A stretch of 39,358 nt of DNA from Flavobacteriales bacterium (GTDB lineage Bacteria; Bacteroidota; Bacteroidia; Flavobacteriales_D; Parvicellaceae). The stretch covers positions 1-39,358 of the forward strand of contig WFNC01000522.1 of assembly GCA_015488785.1 (NCBI GenBank), written 5' to 3'. The notes under the pieces are model-generated. The model was not told where the DNA came from. It made no database searches and saw only the letters and a program-made list of their open reading frames with translations. Made by a program: the position numbers and the translations under genes. Of this stretch, positions 9,239-18,237 are shown piece by piece; positions within the stretch are counted from its first letter, which is position 1; each line of letters begins with the position of its first letter.

Positions 9239-10468
9239 ATGAAAGAAATTTATTATATAGTATTCATATTTTTGAGTTTAAATACTTTTTCGCAACAATT
9301 GGGAAATAACTCACTTTATACTGCTGCTTCCGATAGTTCAATTAGTTTTTTGAATGTTACAGCTACAGGTTATTATGGCTCTTCTGTTTTTAATAATCAA
9401 ATGCTAGATAAATTTATTTATGGAGGATTTGTAGATGAAGAATTAAAGAATAAAGCATTGAAAAAAGCGAAACGTTTAAACTATTTAGGCGCAGAATTAG
9501 GCGCAGAAATATATTACACGGATACCAAAAATAAATTATTTAAAGATTGGGGATATTATGTGGGGTTATCTTATCATTACAATCTAGGGACACAATTTTC
9601 AAAAGACGCTTATCAACTTGTTTTTTATGGGAATAAAATACTAGAAAATCAAGAAGCTAAACTGGCGCCCTCTGCATTTTACCTCAGGGATTTCAATCAG
9701 TTTTCATTTGGGTTAAATAAAAACAATCAATTTAAAGTGGGGCTTACCTTGTCCTCTTTTAATAACAATACGGGAGCAGAAATAACAGAAGGATCTTTTT
9801 ATACCGATACCAATGGGAATTATTTAAGCGTTGATATTCAAGGAGAATATTATGCTGTAGATACGAATTCATCAGTAAGGTTTTTAAGTAATAATGCTAT
9901 GGGAGTTGGCGTTGATTTTGAAACTTCATTCGCATTGAAAGAAAATAACGAAGGACAAAAAATAATACTAGGAGTTAAAAATATAGGGGTCTTGGTTCAA
10001 AAAAACACTTATCAAGTATCAGCTAATACATCATATAGCTATAATGGTGTGGAGATTAATAGTTTAAAAAACATTGGAGAAGGTTTGCTCTCAGCTAATT
10101 CACTCCAAGATTCTTTAGGTATAGAAACAAAAACAGAAAACAGAACTTCATTATTACCTTTCGAAATTTATTTTTTTCAACTTCCATCTTACAAAAAACG
10201 AGTCGAGTTAATTTATGGGTTTAGATTTAAATACGAGAGTGCTTACAATGCGTTTCTATATGCAGGAGGAAATGTAAAATTGAACAATCAATTTAGCGCA
10301 AGCACATTTGTAAGTCATGGAGGATATTCTAATTTTCAATGGGGATTAAGCACTCAAGCACATTTCAAAAAAATGTATTTAGGAGTAAATACCAATAATA
10401 TATTAGGGTTTGTATCTAAAAAAGCATTTGGAAAATCATTAGGAATTAATTTAACTTATTTATTATGA
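9239..10468 (+). CDS. predicted outer-membrane (beta-barrel-like) protein of unknown function (409 aa)
   Basis: ATG immediately follows the upstream TAA. Signal peptide MKEIYYIVFIFLSLNTFSQQ with no lipobox Cys. Many short amphipathic Y/F/G-rich segments (YYVGLSYHYNLG, FKVGLTLSSF, GVGVDFETSF, LIYGFRFKYES, LGINLTYLL). Confidence 0.6.
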   Translation: MKEIYYIVFIFLSLNTFSQQLGNNSLYTAASDSSISFLNVTATGYYGSSVFNNQMLDKFIYGGFVDEELKNKALKKAKRLNYLGAELGAEIYYTDTKNKLFKDWGYYVGLSYHYNLGTQFSKDAYQLVFYGNKILENQEAKLAPSAFYLRDFNQFSFGLNKNNQFKVGLTLSSFNNNTGAEITEGSFYTDTNGNYLSVDIQGEYYAVDTNSSVRFLSNNAMGVGVDFETSFALKENNEGQKIILGVKNIGVLVQKNTYQVSANTSYSYNGVEINSLKNIGEGLLSANSLQDSLGIETKTENRTSLLPFEIYFFQLPSYKKRVELIYGFRFKYESAYNAFLYAGGNVKLNNQFSASTFVSHGGYSNFQWGLSTQAHFKKMYLGVNTNNILGFVSKKAFGKSLGINLTYLL

Positions 10469-11919
10469 AAGCATTAATTTTTATTTTATTGGGGTTCGTT
10501 TCTCTTGGTGGGATTGGGCAAGTTTCTGAAGTTGATTATCTTATTTTTGGAAATGAAAGTAGTGAGTATTCTACGGATTTAGATACTTTATCAGGATTCT
10601 TGTATATCGTGGGAAATACGAATGAATGTGGTTCTAATGATGGCTTTGTAGTGAAATATAAAGAAGACTCTATTTACAAAAGGGTAATTACAGGTTCTGA
10701 AAGTATAGAAATAATAGAGGCGGTAGAAACTTACTTGTCAGATACAATATTTATTGCTGGATATACGAATGAAAATCAAGATTATAACGTATATATATCT
10801 AAGTTAGATACAGTATTGAATGTTATTGAAACAAAAATATTAGAATTAGATAATTGGAATTTCTGTAAAGATATTGCAGTTGGTGATGGCTTTTTGATTG
10901 GAGTTGGAGAAACTCACAATGGAATTGATTATGATGCTTTGTTATTTAAAGTAAATACAAATTTAGATACTTTATGGACTTATTCTCTTTCTCAAACTCT
11001 AGATCAAAAGTTAACTAAAGTTATAAGTTATAATGATTCTATCTATATTGCCTGCGGATATTCTGAAGTATTGGGAAAGGAAAAAGATGTATTATTGGTT
11101 AGTATTAATGTAAATACAGGCGATACGCTATGGACAAATACTTACGGAGGCGTACGAGAAGATTATTGTAATAGTTTAATACGAACGCAAGATGGTGGGA
11201 TTGCAGGTTTTGGAACAACATCGAGTTACACATCAACAACAAAAGATACTTACCTTTTTAAAGTTGACAGTTCCGGAAGTTTTCTTTGGTCTAACTTGCA
11301 CCAAGTTCAGTCTGCTTCAAATACCTTAGATGAGAATGGAATAGACTTAATTGAATTAGATAATGGAAATTTAATTGTTTCTGCGATAACCGAATCATTT
11401 GGTGCGTACGGAGTTAAATCAACAATGATAATGAAGACAACTTCTGTTGGAGATTGGATGGGAGGGTATATTTACGATGGAGGGCATGACGACTATCCTA
11501 CGGCAATGATGAAAGTTGATGATACAACTATTTTTGTTGGAGGAATTGCTAATTCACAGACTTTTGGTTATTCAGATTCTTACTTAATCAAAATAAAGAC
11601 TATAAATGTAAATAATACAATTAACATTCTTCAAAAAGAACAAATTAAATTATGTTATTCGAATGTAGAAGAGGAAACGAAAAAGGAGCGTCTTGTAATT
11701 TCTCCAAATCCTATAAGTTCTGAGTTTTTTATACGTTCAAATTCAAATGAAAAAATACAAATAGTTATTTATAGTTTATTAGGTAAAGAAGTTTTTCATA
11801 AAAATAGCGTAACAAATCAATCCAATCAATTTCCTCAAAATATTGCATTTGGAAGTTATGTAATGAAGGTTCAAAAAGGTACTACTGTTACGTTTTATAA
11901 AATTATTTATGCTAAATAG
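10465..11919 (+). CDS. secreted repeat (beta-propeller-like) protein with T9SS type A C-terminal domain (484 aa)
   Basis: ATGA 4-nt overlap with the upstream stop. Signal peptide MKALIFILLGFVSLGGIGQ. Recurring units of the type D.LLFKVN..LDTLWTYS, DVLLVSINVNTGDTLWTNTYGG and DTYLFKVDSSGSFLWSN. C-terminus LVISPNPISSEFFI...IVIYSLLGKEV...GSYVMKVQKG...YKIIYAK. Confidence 0.8.
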   Translation: MKALIFILLGFVSLGGIGQVSEVDYLIFGNESSEYSTDLDTLSGFLYIVGNTNECGSNDGFVVKYKEDSIYKRVITGSESIEIIEAVETYLSDTIFIAGYTNENQDYNVYISKLDTVLNVIETKILELDNWNFCKDIAVGDGFLIGVGETHNGIDYDALLFKVNTNLDTLWTYSLSQTLDQKLTKVISYNDSIYIACGYSEVLGKEKDVLLVSINVNTGDTLWTNTYGGVREDYCNSLIRTQDGGIAGFGTTSSYTSTTKDTYLFKVDSSGSFLWSNLHQVQSASNTLDENGIDLIELDNGNLIVSAITESFGAYGVKSTMIMKTTSVGDWMGGYIYDGGHDDYPTAMMKVDDTTIFVGGIANSQTFGYSDSYLIKIKTINVNNTINILQKEQIKLCYSNVEEETKKERLVISPNPISSEFFIRSNSNEKIQIVIYSLLGKEVFHKNSVTNQSNQFPQNIAFGSYVMKVQKGTTVTFYKIIYAK

Positions 11920-13180
11920 ATTATCTTTTTTTAAGGTTTTAATAATTCATTTTATAGTCTTGATTAGTGCTTTTTGTGGCTTATATTTACTAGGGGTTAT
12001 TAAATCATTTCCTACGAGCCTAAATATTGAACAGTGGGATGCAGGCTGGTATTCGAGCATTGCCTCAGAAGGGTATATCTATAAAGAAAATATACAAAGT
12101 AATACAGGTTTTTTTCCTCTTTTTCCTTTTTTATGGAGTTCTTTTAATTTTAGTGCATTAGGGATTTCTATATTCAATTATGGAGTTTTTATTTTTGGAG
12201 TTTTATTTTTAACTAAAACAATATCAAATTTAGATAATAAAATAATATTACTTAGTTTAAGTTTTCCTAGTCTATTATTTATGTATGTGCCTTATTCGGA
12301 GGCTTTATTTTTTATGTCAGCATCGCTTTACATTTATGGTAATAGTATTGATAGTAAAAAGATAAAAGTTATTTCTCTGCTAATAATGTCATTGACAAGA
12401 CCGACAATATTTTTTTTCTTACCCGCTGTAATATTCTCTGAAATTTTATCATCATCAACAATGAAAGAAAAGTTTAAAGACATTTTTATATCAGTTGTAA
12501 TTATTCTCTTAGGCACAGGGATTTCCTTTTTTATAATTGGATATAATAGTGCTAACTTTTTTGCTTATTCTGATTCTCAGATTAACAATTGGAATCATGT
12601 TTTTAGTCTTCCTCAATTTCCGCTTACCACATGGCGAGGATATAGAATACTTTGGTTAGATTCATTTGGGTTATGGATTGTGGTTTCGTCGCTAATAGCC
12701 TCTTTTGTCTATTTTATAAAAACGATAAAATCTAAATGGAAGCTTGTATATAATAAAAATGTATTACTATCTCTTTCTTATCTATCAATGATTTTTATTT
12801 ATGTTATGTTTTTTCATGGCAAAGAAAAAGAATCAGGGTTGACTTCAATTTTAAGCCTAAATAGATATGTATTCTGTTCTCCTTTCTTTATCTACTTGTT
12901 TTATTATTACTTTAAGAACACTCAAATTAAAATTAATAAAGTATTAATATCGGCAGTAATAATCACTTTAATTTTAATTGGATTTCCTTTTTATAGTGTA
13001 ATTGAATTAACTTATTTAAATAGTTTACTCTTTGTTTTTGGAATGATTGTATTTTTTATAATTCAAGTTATACCTAGAGGGAAAAATAGACTAATTTTAT
13101 TTTTAATTACTTATGGAATGAATGTTTTTCTACAAGTTTATTTATTTCAGTCTTTTTTGAAAGGTAACTGGATAGGGTGA
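11909..13180 (+). CDS. polytopic inner-membrane protein, GT-C / PIG-V-like glycosyltransferase candidate (423 aa)
   Basis: 11-nt overlap with the upstream gene. At least 10 hydrophobic segments. The N-terminal loop motif WDAGWYSSIASEGY followed by GFFPLFPFLW resembles the WD..WY..IA..GY / FFPL.P signature I associate with PIG-V-type mannosyltransferase-like families. Confidence 0.55.
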   Translation: MLNRLSFFKVLIIHFIVLISAFCGLYLLGVIKSFPTSLNIEQWDAGWYSSIASEGYIYKENIQSNTGFFPLFPFLWSSFNFSALGISIFNYGVFIFGVLFLTKTISNLDNKIILLSLSFPSLLFMYVPYSEALFFMSASLYIYGNSIDSKKIKVISLLIMSLTRPTIFFFLPAVIFSEILSSSTMKEKFKDIFISVVIILLGTGISFFIIGYNSANFFAYSDSQINNWNHVFSLPQFPLTTWRGYRILWLDSFGLWIVVSSLIASFVYFIKTIKSKWKLVYNKNVLLSLSYLSMIFIYVMFFHGKEKESGLTSILSLNRYVFCSPFFIYLFYYYFKNTQIKINKVLISAVIITLILIGFPFYSVIELTYLNSLLFVFGMIVFFIIQVIPRGKNRLILFLITYGMNVFLQVYLFQSFLKGNWIG

Positions 13181-13182
13181 AA

Positions 13183-13941
13183 TCAAACTTTAGCCTTAGC
13201 AATAAAGTAATATTCTTTATTTGATTCAAATAAAGACACAAACTGTTCAAGTGTTAAACTTGATTTATTTGCGACAAAGCCTCTTAAACTAAAAATACAG
13301 TAATCATTTTCAGTTAAAAACTCCCACATTTCTTTTGGTGTTGTTCCATAATAATCAGAAGCTCCAATACCATGTTCAAAAATTACAACAGGACTAAATT
13401 TCTTTAAAATAGTAACAGCTCCTTTCAAAACGCCCATTTCACCGCCTTCAACATCAATCTTAATCAAGTTTACACGCTCGGCATCTACAAGTTGATTGTC
13501 CATAGTGTCCAATCTAACTTCTATTTCTTCAATTTTTTCAGACTTAGGATAGGCTCTTCTTTTAATTCCGCTATAAGCAGGATTAGTAGTTACGTGTTGA
13601 AAAGTAGAACTCCCTTTTTTATCACTTAAAGCAATGTTTTTTATCGTAGAAATAGAACCGTGAGATTTAACGAGTTCTTTATATAAACTAGGAATTGGCT
13701 CAAATGCATAGTGCTTCCCTTTAGGAGCGTACTTTAAGGCTTCAATCAGTAATTCACCTTTGTGACAGCCAACGTCTATAAACGATGAGTTTTCTTCCAA
13801 AACAATTTGCATAATCTTTAATGTCAATGCATCGTACTTCTGATTACGAGTTATGTTTATAGGAAGTTTTTTTAATATGTTTTTGAGTTTCTCTTTCATG
13901 CTTCTATAGAAGGATTCCAAAAGTAAGATTATATAATGCAA
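13183..13941 (-). CDS. FkbM-family SAM-dependent methyltransferase
   Basis: FIDVGCHKGELLIEAL...HYAFEP and the hallmark IKIDVEGGEMGVLKGA. Its stop lies 2 nt from the stop of the convergent 11909-13180 gene. An alternative start at M15 (13899) is possible. Confidence 0.8.
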   Translation of the reverse strand: MHYIILLLESFYRSMKEKLKNILKKLPINITRNQKYDALTLKIMQIVLEENSSFIDVGCHKGELLIEALKYAPKGKHYAFEPIPSLYKELVKSHGSISTIKNIALSDKKGSSTFQHVTTNPAYSGIKRRAYPKSEKIEEIEVRLDTMDNQLVDAERVNLIKIDVEGGEMGVLKGAVTILKKFSPVVIFEHGIGASDYYGTTPKEMWEFLTENDYCIFSLRGFVANKSSLTLEQFVSLFESNKEYYFIAKAKV

Positions 13942-13984
13942 TAAACAAATAAACTTTTTTTAATTATTTTAAATTTAGAAGAAA

Positions 13985-13992
13985 TAATTTTG
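13985..13992 (+). promoter_or_regulatory. candidate -7 box (TAatTTTG) upstream of the 14052 gene
   Basis: taattttg matches TAnnTTTG, about 60 nt upstream of the ATG. Confidence 0.35.
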
Positions 13993-14051
13993 TTTTTTGT
14001 TTAAAATTGTTGTTATTTACATCAGTCTATAAGACTTAACCCCCTTTTTAT

Positions 14052-14900
14052 ATGAAATATATTTTATTTTCTTTAAGTTTAATTAGTTGTTCTTTTCTTT
14101 TTTCGCAAGTAAAAATAGGAGACAATCCTAATTCCATTGACGCTAGTGCTATATTAGAAATCGAAAGTACTGACAAAGGTTTACTAATGCCTCGTTTGAC
14201 GACACTTCAAAGAGATGCGGTTGCCTCTCCAGCTACAGGGCTTATGCTCTTCAATACTGACTTAGGGTGCCTTCAAATATATAATGGAGCTTTTTGGACA
14301 GAATGTATTAGCGAACCTCCTTATAGAGCCAGTTGTTTAGATTGGTTTAATAACGGAGCAACTACGAGTGGTATTTATAAAGTTGATTCAGATGGAGCGG
14401 GAGGAAATCCGCCTTATGATTGTTATTGTGATCAAGTTAATAATGGAGGAGGTTGGACACTTGTTTTTAATCACAATACAGCTGGAGGATATTGGCTAAG
14501 TCAAGGAGAAGCCGATTTTTACAACCTTGGTTCACCAGGTTTAGGAACAAATAAATATTCTATTTTAAATAAGATTGACGAATTAAAGAGTGCTCCTAAA
14601 TATGAATTTAAAATTTTTTACCCTGAGTTTAATTTAACAAATCACTGGAAACAATCATTCGACCCAAGAAGTGGAGGTTCTCCAATACGACCTGTGGCTG
14701 GTTATCAAGCTATAAGTATTGGTTCTACTGCTAATCTTTGGGGTGGCCTAGAAAGACATGGTGGTTCTAATACCTTTTTAGATGGAAGTGTTAATCATCC
14801 CAATTGGTATTATTCTATAGGGAGTAGAGTTGCTTGGGGAGGAGGGATTCCTCCACATACTTCTCCAGCAACTGATCGAGTTCAGCTTTTTATTCGGTAA
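14052..14900 (+). CDS. secreted protein with fibrinogen-like YCDxxxxGGGW domain (282 aa)
   Basis: Signal peptide MKYILFSLSLISCSFLFSQ. N-terminal Bacteroidota-type module (KGLLMPRLTTLQRDAV..P.TGLMLFNTD...QIYNG.FW). Then CLDWFNNGATTSGIYKVDSDG...PYDCYCDQVNNGGGWTLVFNH, which matches the start of fibrinogen C-terminal domains (motif codons 14424-14456). Confidence 0.75.
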   Translation: MKYILFSLSLISCSFLFSQVKIGDNPNSIDASAILEIESTDKGLLMPRLTTLQRDAVASPATGLMLFNTDLGCLQIYNGAFWTECISEPPYRASCLDWFNNGATTSGIYKVDSDGAGGNPPYDCYCDQVNNGGGWTLVFNHNTAGGYWLSQGEADFYNLGSPGLGTNKYSILNKIDELKSAPKYEFKIFYPEFNLTNHWKQSFDPRSGGSPIRPVAGYQAISIGSTANLWGGLERHGGSNTFLDGSVNHPNWYYSIGSRVAWGGGIPPHTSPATDRVQLFIR

Positions 14901-14973
14901 TTAAGGATGGTTTTTAGTTGAATTAACGAATTCCTTTTAGATGGATTCGTGAATTCTAAATGCTTTTTTAACC

Positions 14974-16071
14974 CTATTTATATTTTCGAACAACTCGACT
15001 AGATATAGAAGTCAGTATCTCATAAGGAATAGTATCGATCTGTTGGGCTAGTTCTTTTATTGGTTTATTTTTTCCAAATATTTCAACTACATCACCTTCT
15101 TTTACATTGTCAACTTCAGAAAGGTCAATCGTAGTCATATCCATCGATACTTTTCCAATTACAGGAGCATATTTTCCGTTAATTAAAACACTACCTCTAC
15201 CATTACTAAAACTTCTCGAAAAACCATCACCATATCCAATTGAGATTATTCCAATCAATGTATCTTTATCAACTATTACAGATCTTCCATAACCAATTGA
15301 AGCTCCTTTCTTTACTAGTTTTAACTGACTGATGTTTGTTTTCAATTCGCATACTGATTCTAAATTAAAAACAGTTGAAATGCCAAACATTCCAATCCCA
15401 AGTCTTATCATGTCAAACTGATGTCCAGAAAAACGTTCACTACCAGCAGAATTTAGTACGCTCTTAATTGTTGTGCAACCAATTTCATTTTCTATTTGAT
15501 TACTAATCTGCTCAAAAAGTTCTATTTGATTTAGCGTGAAATGATCTTCAGTTTCGTCATCGGCAACAGCCAAATGACTAAATATACCTTTTATAGCTAT
15601 AGCTGAACTTTTCAAAATGAGTTGAATCAGTTTACCTATTTCTGACTCCAAAAAACCAAGACGGTTCATTCCTGTGTCAATTTTTAGATGAATAGGATAA
15701 GATTTAATGTTTGCCTCGTTGAGGTAATTTAAAAACTTTTCAAATTGATAAAAACTGGATATAGAAGGCTCAATATTATGTTCTACAATAGAACGATAAG
15801 AGGCTTCTTCCATATTCATTACCAGAATAGGTGTTTCTATTTTTTTTGTACGCAGTTCAATCGCTTCTCTACTAGAAGCTACACCCAAATAATCAATTCC
15901 AATTTCTCCCAAAACTTTTGAAACTTCATAAGCGCCTATTCCATAACTAGACGCTTTAACCATTCCCATTATTTTTGTTGTAGGATCTAGTTTCTGTTTA
16001 AAAAACTTCACATTGTTTTTCAATGCCTGTAAGTCAACTTCTAATATAGTATGATCGTGCTGTTTACTCAT
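14974..16071 (-). CDS. alr: alanine racemase
   Basis: 365 aa with the PLP-lysine region MGMVKASSYGIG, IHLKIDTGMNRLGF and the C-terminal YEILTSISSRVVRKY pattern typical of Alr. Confidence 0.9.
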   Translation of the reverse strand: MSKQHDHTILEVDLQALKNNVKFFKQKLDPTTKIMGMVKASSYGIGAYEVSKVLGEIGIDYLGVASSREAIELRTKKIETPILVMNMEEASYRSIVEHNIEPSISSFYQFEKFLNYLNEANIKSYPIHLKIDTGMNRLGFLESEIGKLIQLILKSSAIAIKGIFSHLAVADDETEDHFTLNQIELFEQISNQIENEIGCTTIKSVLNSAGSERFSGHQFDMIRLGIGMFGISTVFNLESVCELKTNISQLKLVKKGASIGYGRSVIVDKDTLIGIISIGYGDGFSRSFSNGRGSVLINGKYAPVIGKVSMDMTTIDLSEVDNVKEGDVVEIFGKNKPIKELAQQIDTIPYEILTSISSRVVRKYK

Positions 16072-16112
16072 TTTTTTTAATTCGAAGTTGCAAGGTTAAT
16101 TATAAATGTTTT

Positions 16113-16694
16113 TTATTTCAAACTAGTAACCATTGTATAGCATTTTCTACATAGCGGTTCGTATTCATCTACTTCTCCAAGTACTACAAGATTTTCGCTA
16201 GCTATCTTACGGTGAGAAAACTGAGCCAATTCACCACACGCCATGCATATAGCATGAACTTTAGTCACATATTCAGCCTTAGCCAATAAAGAAGGAATTG
16301 GACCAAAAGGTTTTCCCGAAAAATCCATATCCAAACCAGCTACAATTACGCGAATTCCCGAATTTGCCAATTTTTCACAAACGATAGGCAGTTGATCATC
16401 AAAAAATTGGGCTTCATCAATGCCGATAACATCAACATCGTTTGCTAGCAATAATATATTTTCAGAAGCAGGAACAGGAGTTGAACGAATCGTAGTGCCT
16501 TGGTGACTAACTACATCGTTTTCGTCGTAGCGAGTATCTACAGATGGCTTGTAAATTTCAACTTTTAATTTAGCAAACTCAGCACGTTTCAATCGCCGAA
16601 TCAATTCTTCCGTCTTTCCCGAGAACATTGATCCACAAACGACCTCAATCCAACCTTTTTTTTGCTTTTTATTCCCTCTTTGTTCTAAAAACAC
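16113..16694 (-). CDS. tdk: thymidine kinase
   Basis: P-loop [23 protein letters not shown], and C-terminal zinc-ribbon cysteines (C..C...C..C). Confidence 0.92.
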   Translation of the reverse strand: MFLEQRGNKKQKKGWIEVVCGSMFSGKTEELIRRLKRAEFAKLKVEIYKPSVDTRYDENDVVSHQGTTIRSTPVPASENILLLANDVDVIGIDEAQFFDDQLPIVCEKLANSGIRVIVAGLDMDFSGKPFGPIPSLLAKAEYVTKVHAICMACGELAQFSHRKIASENLVVLGEVDEYEPLCRKCYTMVTSLK

Positions 16695-16772
16695 GTTTTT
16701 ATTGTTATTATAATTGTTAATAAGTTCGCTAAAGGTAGTAAATATGATTGCATTAATTTACTCAAATTTGTA

Positions 16773-17570
16773 ATGTATTTTCAACAATTAGATATTATTA
16801 TGAATAACGATTACAAAAACCTAAACGAATTAATCACTTCTCTAGCTATTAACATTAAAGCTTTAGAAAATGGAAAATTATCAGTTTATGATTTAGAGTC
16901 CTTATTAAACAACGCTCGAAATGTTCATGAAAGAATTACAGTTCTTCATTATTTAGCAATCGAAAGAGAAGTTAAAGTAGGAGGAAAAGAAAAAAAAGGA
17001 ATACAATTTAACTTCACCTCGGTAGAAGAACCTGCCGAAACCCCTGCGAATCAAACAAATTTAATCGATGCTATTCAGGTGGAACATCATAATGAAGCTG
17101 TTCGAAAATCAATCGGTACACAAGCTCCTTTGTTTGAAGAGGAAATTGTAAAAGAAGAAGTACAGCACCAAAATATTGTAGAGCCAAAGTCGGATTCTGT
17201 CAAAGAACCTGTAGTTGAGATTGTAAAAAAAGAAATTACACCTACAAATGAAGTAGAAACCAAAGCATCGATTAACGATAAGTTTTCTGGACATGCAGAA
17301 AAACAAACGCTCGCTGATAAACTCGGGCAATCTCCAATCGAAGACCTCAATAAAGCAATTGGCTTGAATCAGAAATTTCTTTTTATGAACGATTTATTTG
17401 AAGGAGAAAATGATAAATATAAGGATGCTTTAACTACGATTAATAATTTTGCGACTTATATGGAAGCGGATGAATACATAAACAATAGTCTAAAACATCA
17501 ATTCGATTGGGATGAAGAAAGTGTATCAGTCCAGAAATTCATAAATTTAGTTAAAAGAAGATTTTTGTAA
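16773..17570 (+). CDS. hypothetical protein with an E/K/V-rich central low-complexity region
   Basis: A long ORF with no recognisable motif. The second in-frame ATG at 16800 (MNNDYKNL) is an equally plausible start. Confidence 0.55.
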   Translation: MYFQQLDIIMNNDYKNLNELITSLAINIKALENGKLSVYDLESLLNNARNVHERITVLHYLAIEREVKVGGKEKKGIQFNFTSVEEPAETPANQTNLIDAIQVEHHNEAVRKSIGTQAPLFEEEIVKEEVQHQNIVEPKSDSVKEPVVEIVKKEITPTNEVETKASINDKFSGHAEKQTLADKLGQSPIEDLNKAIGLNQKFLFMNDLFEGENDKYKDALTTINNFATYMEADEYINNSLKHQFDWDEESVSVQKFINLVKRRFL

Positions 17571-17597
17571 ACCTTTGTAAGAACGAATAAGCAATAA

Positions 17598-18095
17598 ATG
17601 AAAAGAATAGGTTTACTGTCCGATACGCATAGTCATTTCGATAAGAAATATATAAAGTACCTGTTAGAATGTGACGAAATTTGGCATGCAGGCGATATCG
17701 GTGATATTTCAGTCATGGATGAACTCCAAAAAATTGCCCCCGTAAGAGCTGTTTATGGAAACATAGACGATCATATCGTTCGTGCAGAATATCCCGAACA
17801 TAACCGTTTTACATTAGAAGGAGTCGATGTTTGGTTGACGCATATAGGAGGTCGCCCTTACGCATACAATTATCTGATTAGAGAAGATATAATTAAAAAT
17901 CCTCCAAAATTATTTATTTGTGGACATTCTCATATTTGTAAAGTTCAAATGGATAAAAAACTTAAAATGCTGTATATGAATCCTGGAGCCGCAGGTATTT
18001 ACGGGCAACATCAAATCCGAACAATGCTTAGGTTTACTTTGGATAATGGAAATATAAAAGATTTAGAAGTCATAGAATTAGGAAATAGAGCCTAG
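17598..18095 (+). CDS. YfcE/MJ0936-type metallophosphoesterase
   Basis: Metal-binding motifs in the canonical order: LLSDTHSH, HAGDIGD, GNID, THIGG, GHSH. Confidence 0.85.
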   Translation: MKRIGLLSDTHSHFDKKYIKYLLECDEIWHAGDIGDISVMDELQKIAPVRAVYGNIDDHIVRAEYPEHNRFTLEGVDVWLTHIGGRPYAYNYLIREDIIKNPPKLFICGHSHICKVQMDKKLKMLYMNPGAAGIYGQHQIRTMLRFTLDNGNIKDLEVIELGNRA

Positions 18096-18117
18096 ATATT
18101 TATTTTAAGTCTAGTTG

Positions 18118-18237
18118 GGCATATCCTTTTTCTATCCAAAAAAACACAAAAAAGTGTTTGTTTAGACAGAAAAAGGTCGGGCTATCCACTGTATTTCCGA
18201 TTGAAAAAATCGGAAGATGCCGTTTCTATCCCTTATG
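18118..18237 (+). other. structured intergenic element of unknown role: nested hairpins and three CTATCC copies
   Basis: Outer 9-bp stem cctttttct (18125-18133) / agaaaaagg (18168-18176) encloses hairpin aaacac-aaaaaa-gtgttt (18142-18159). A second 7-bp hairpin ttccgat-tgaaaaa-atcggaa lies at 18195-18215. ctatcc occurs at 18132, 18182 and 18226. Confidence 0.3.
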
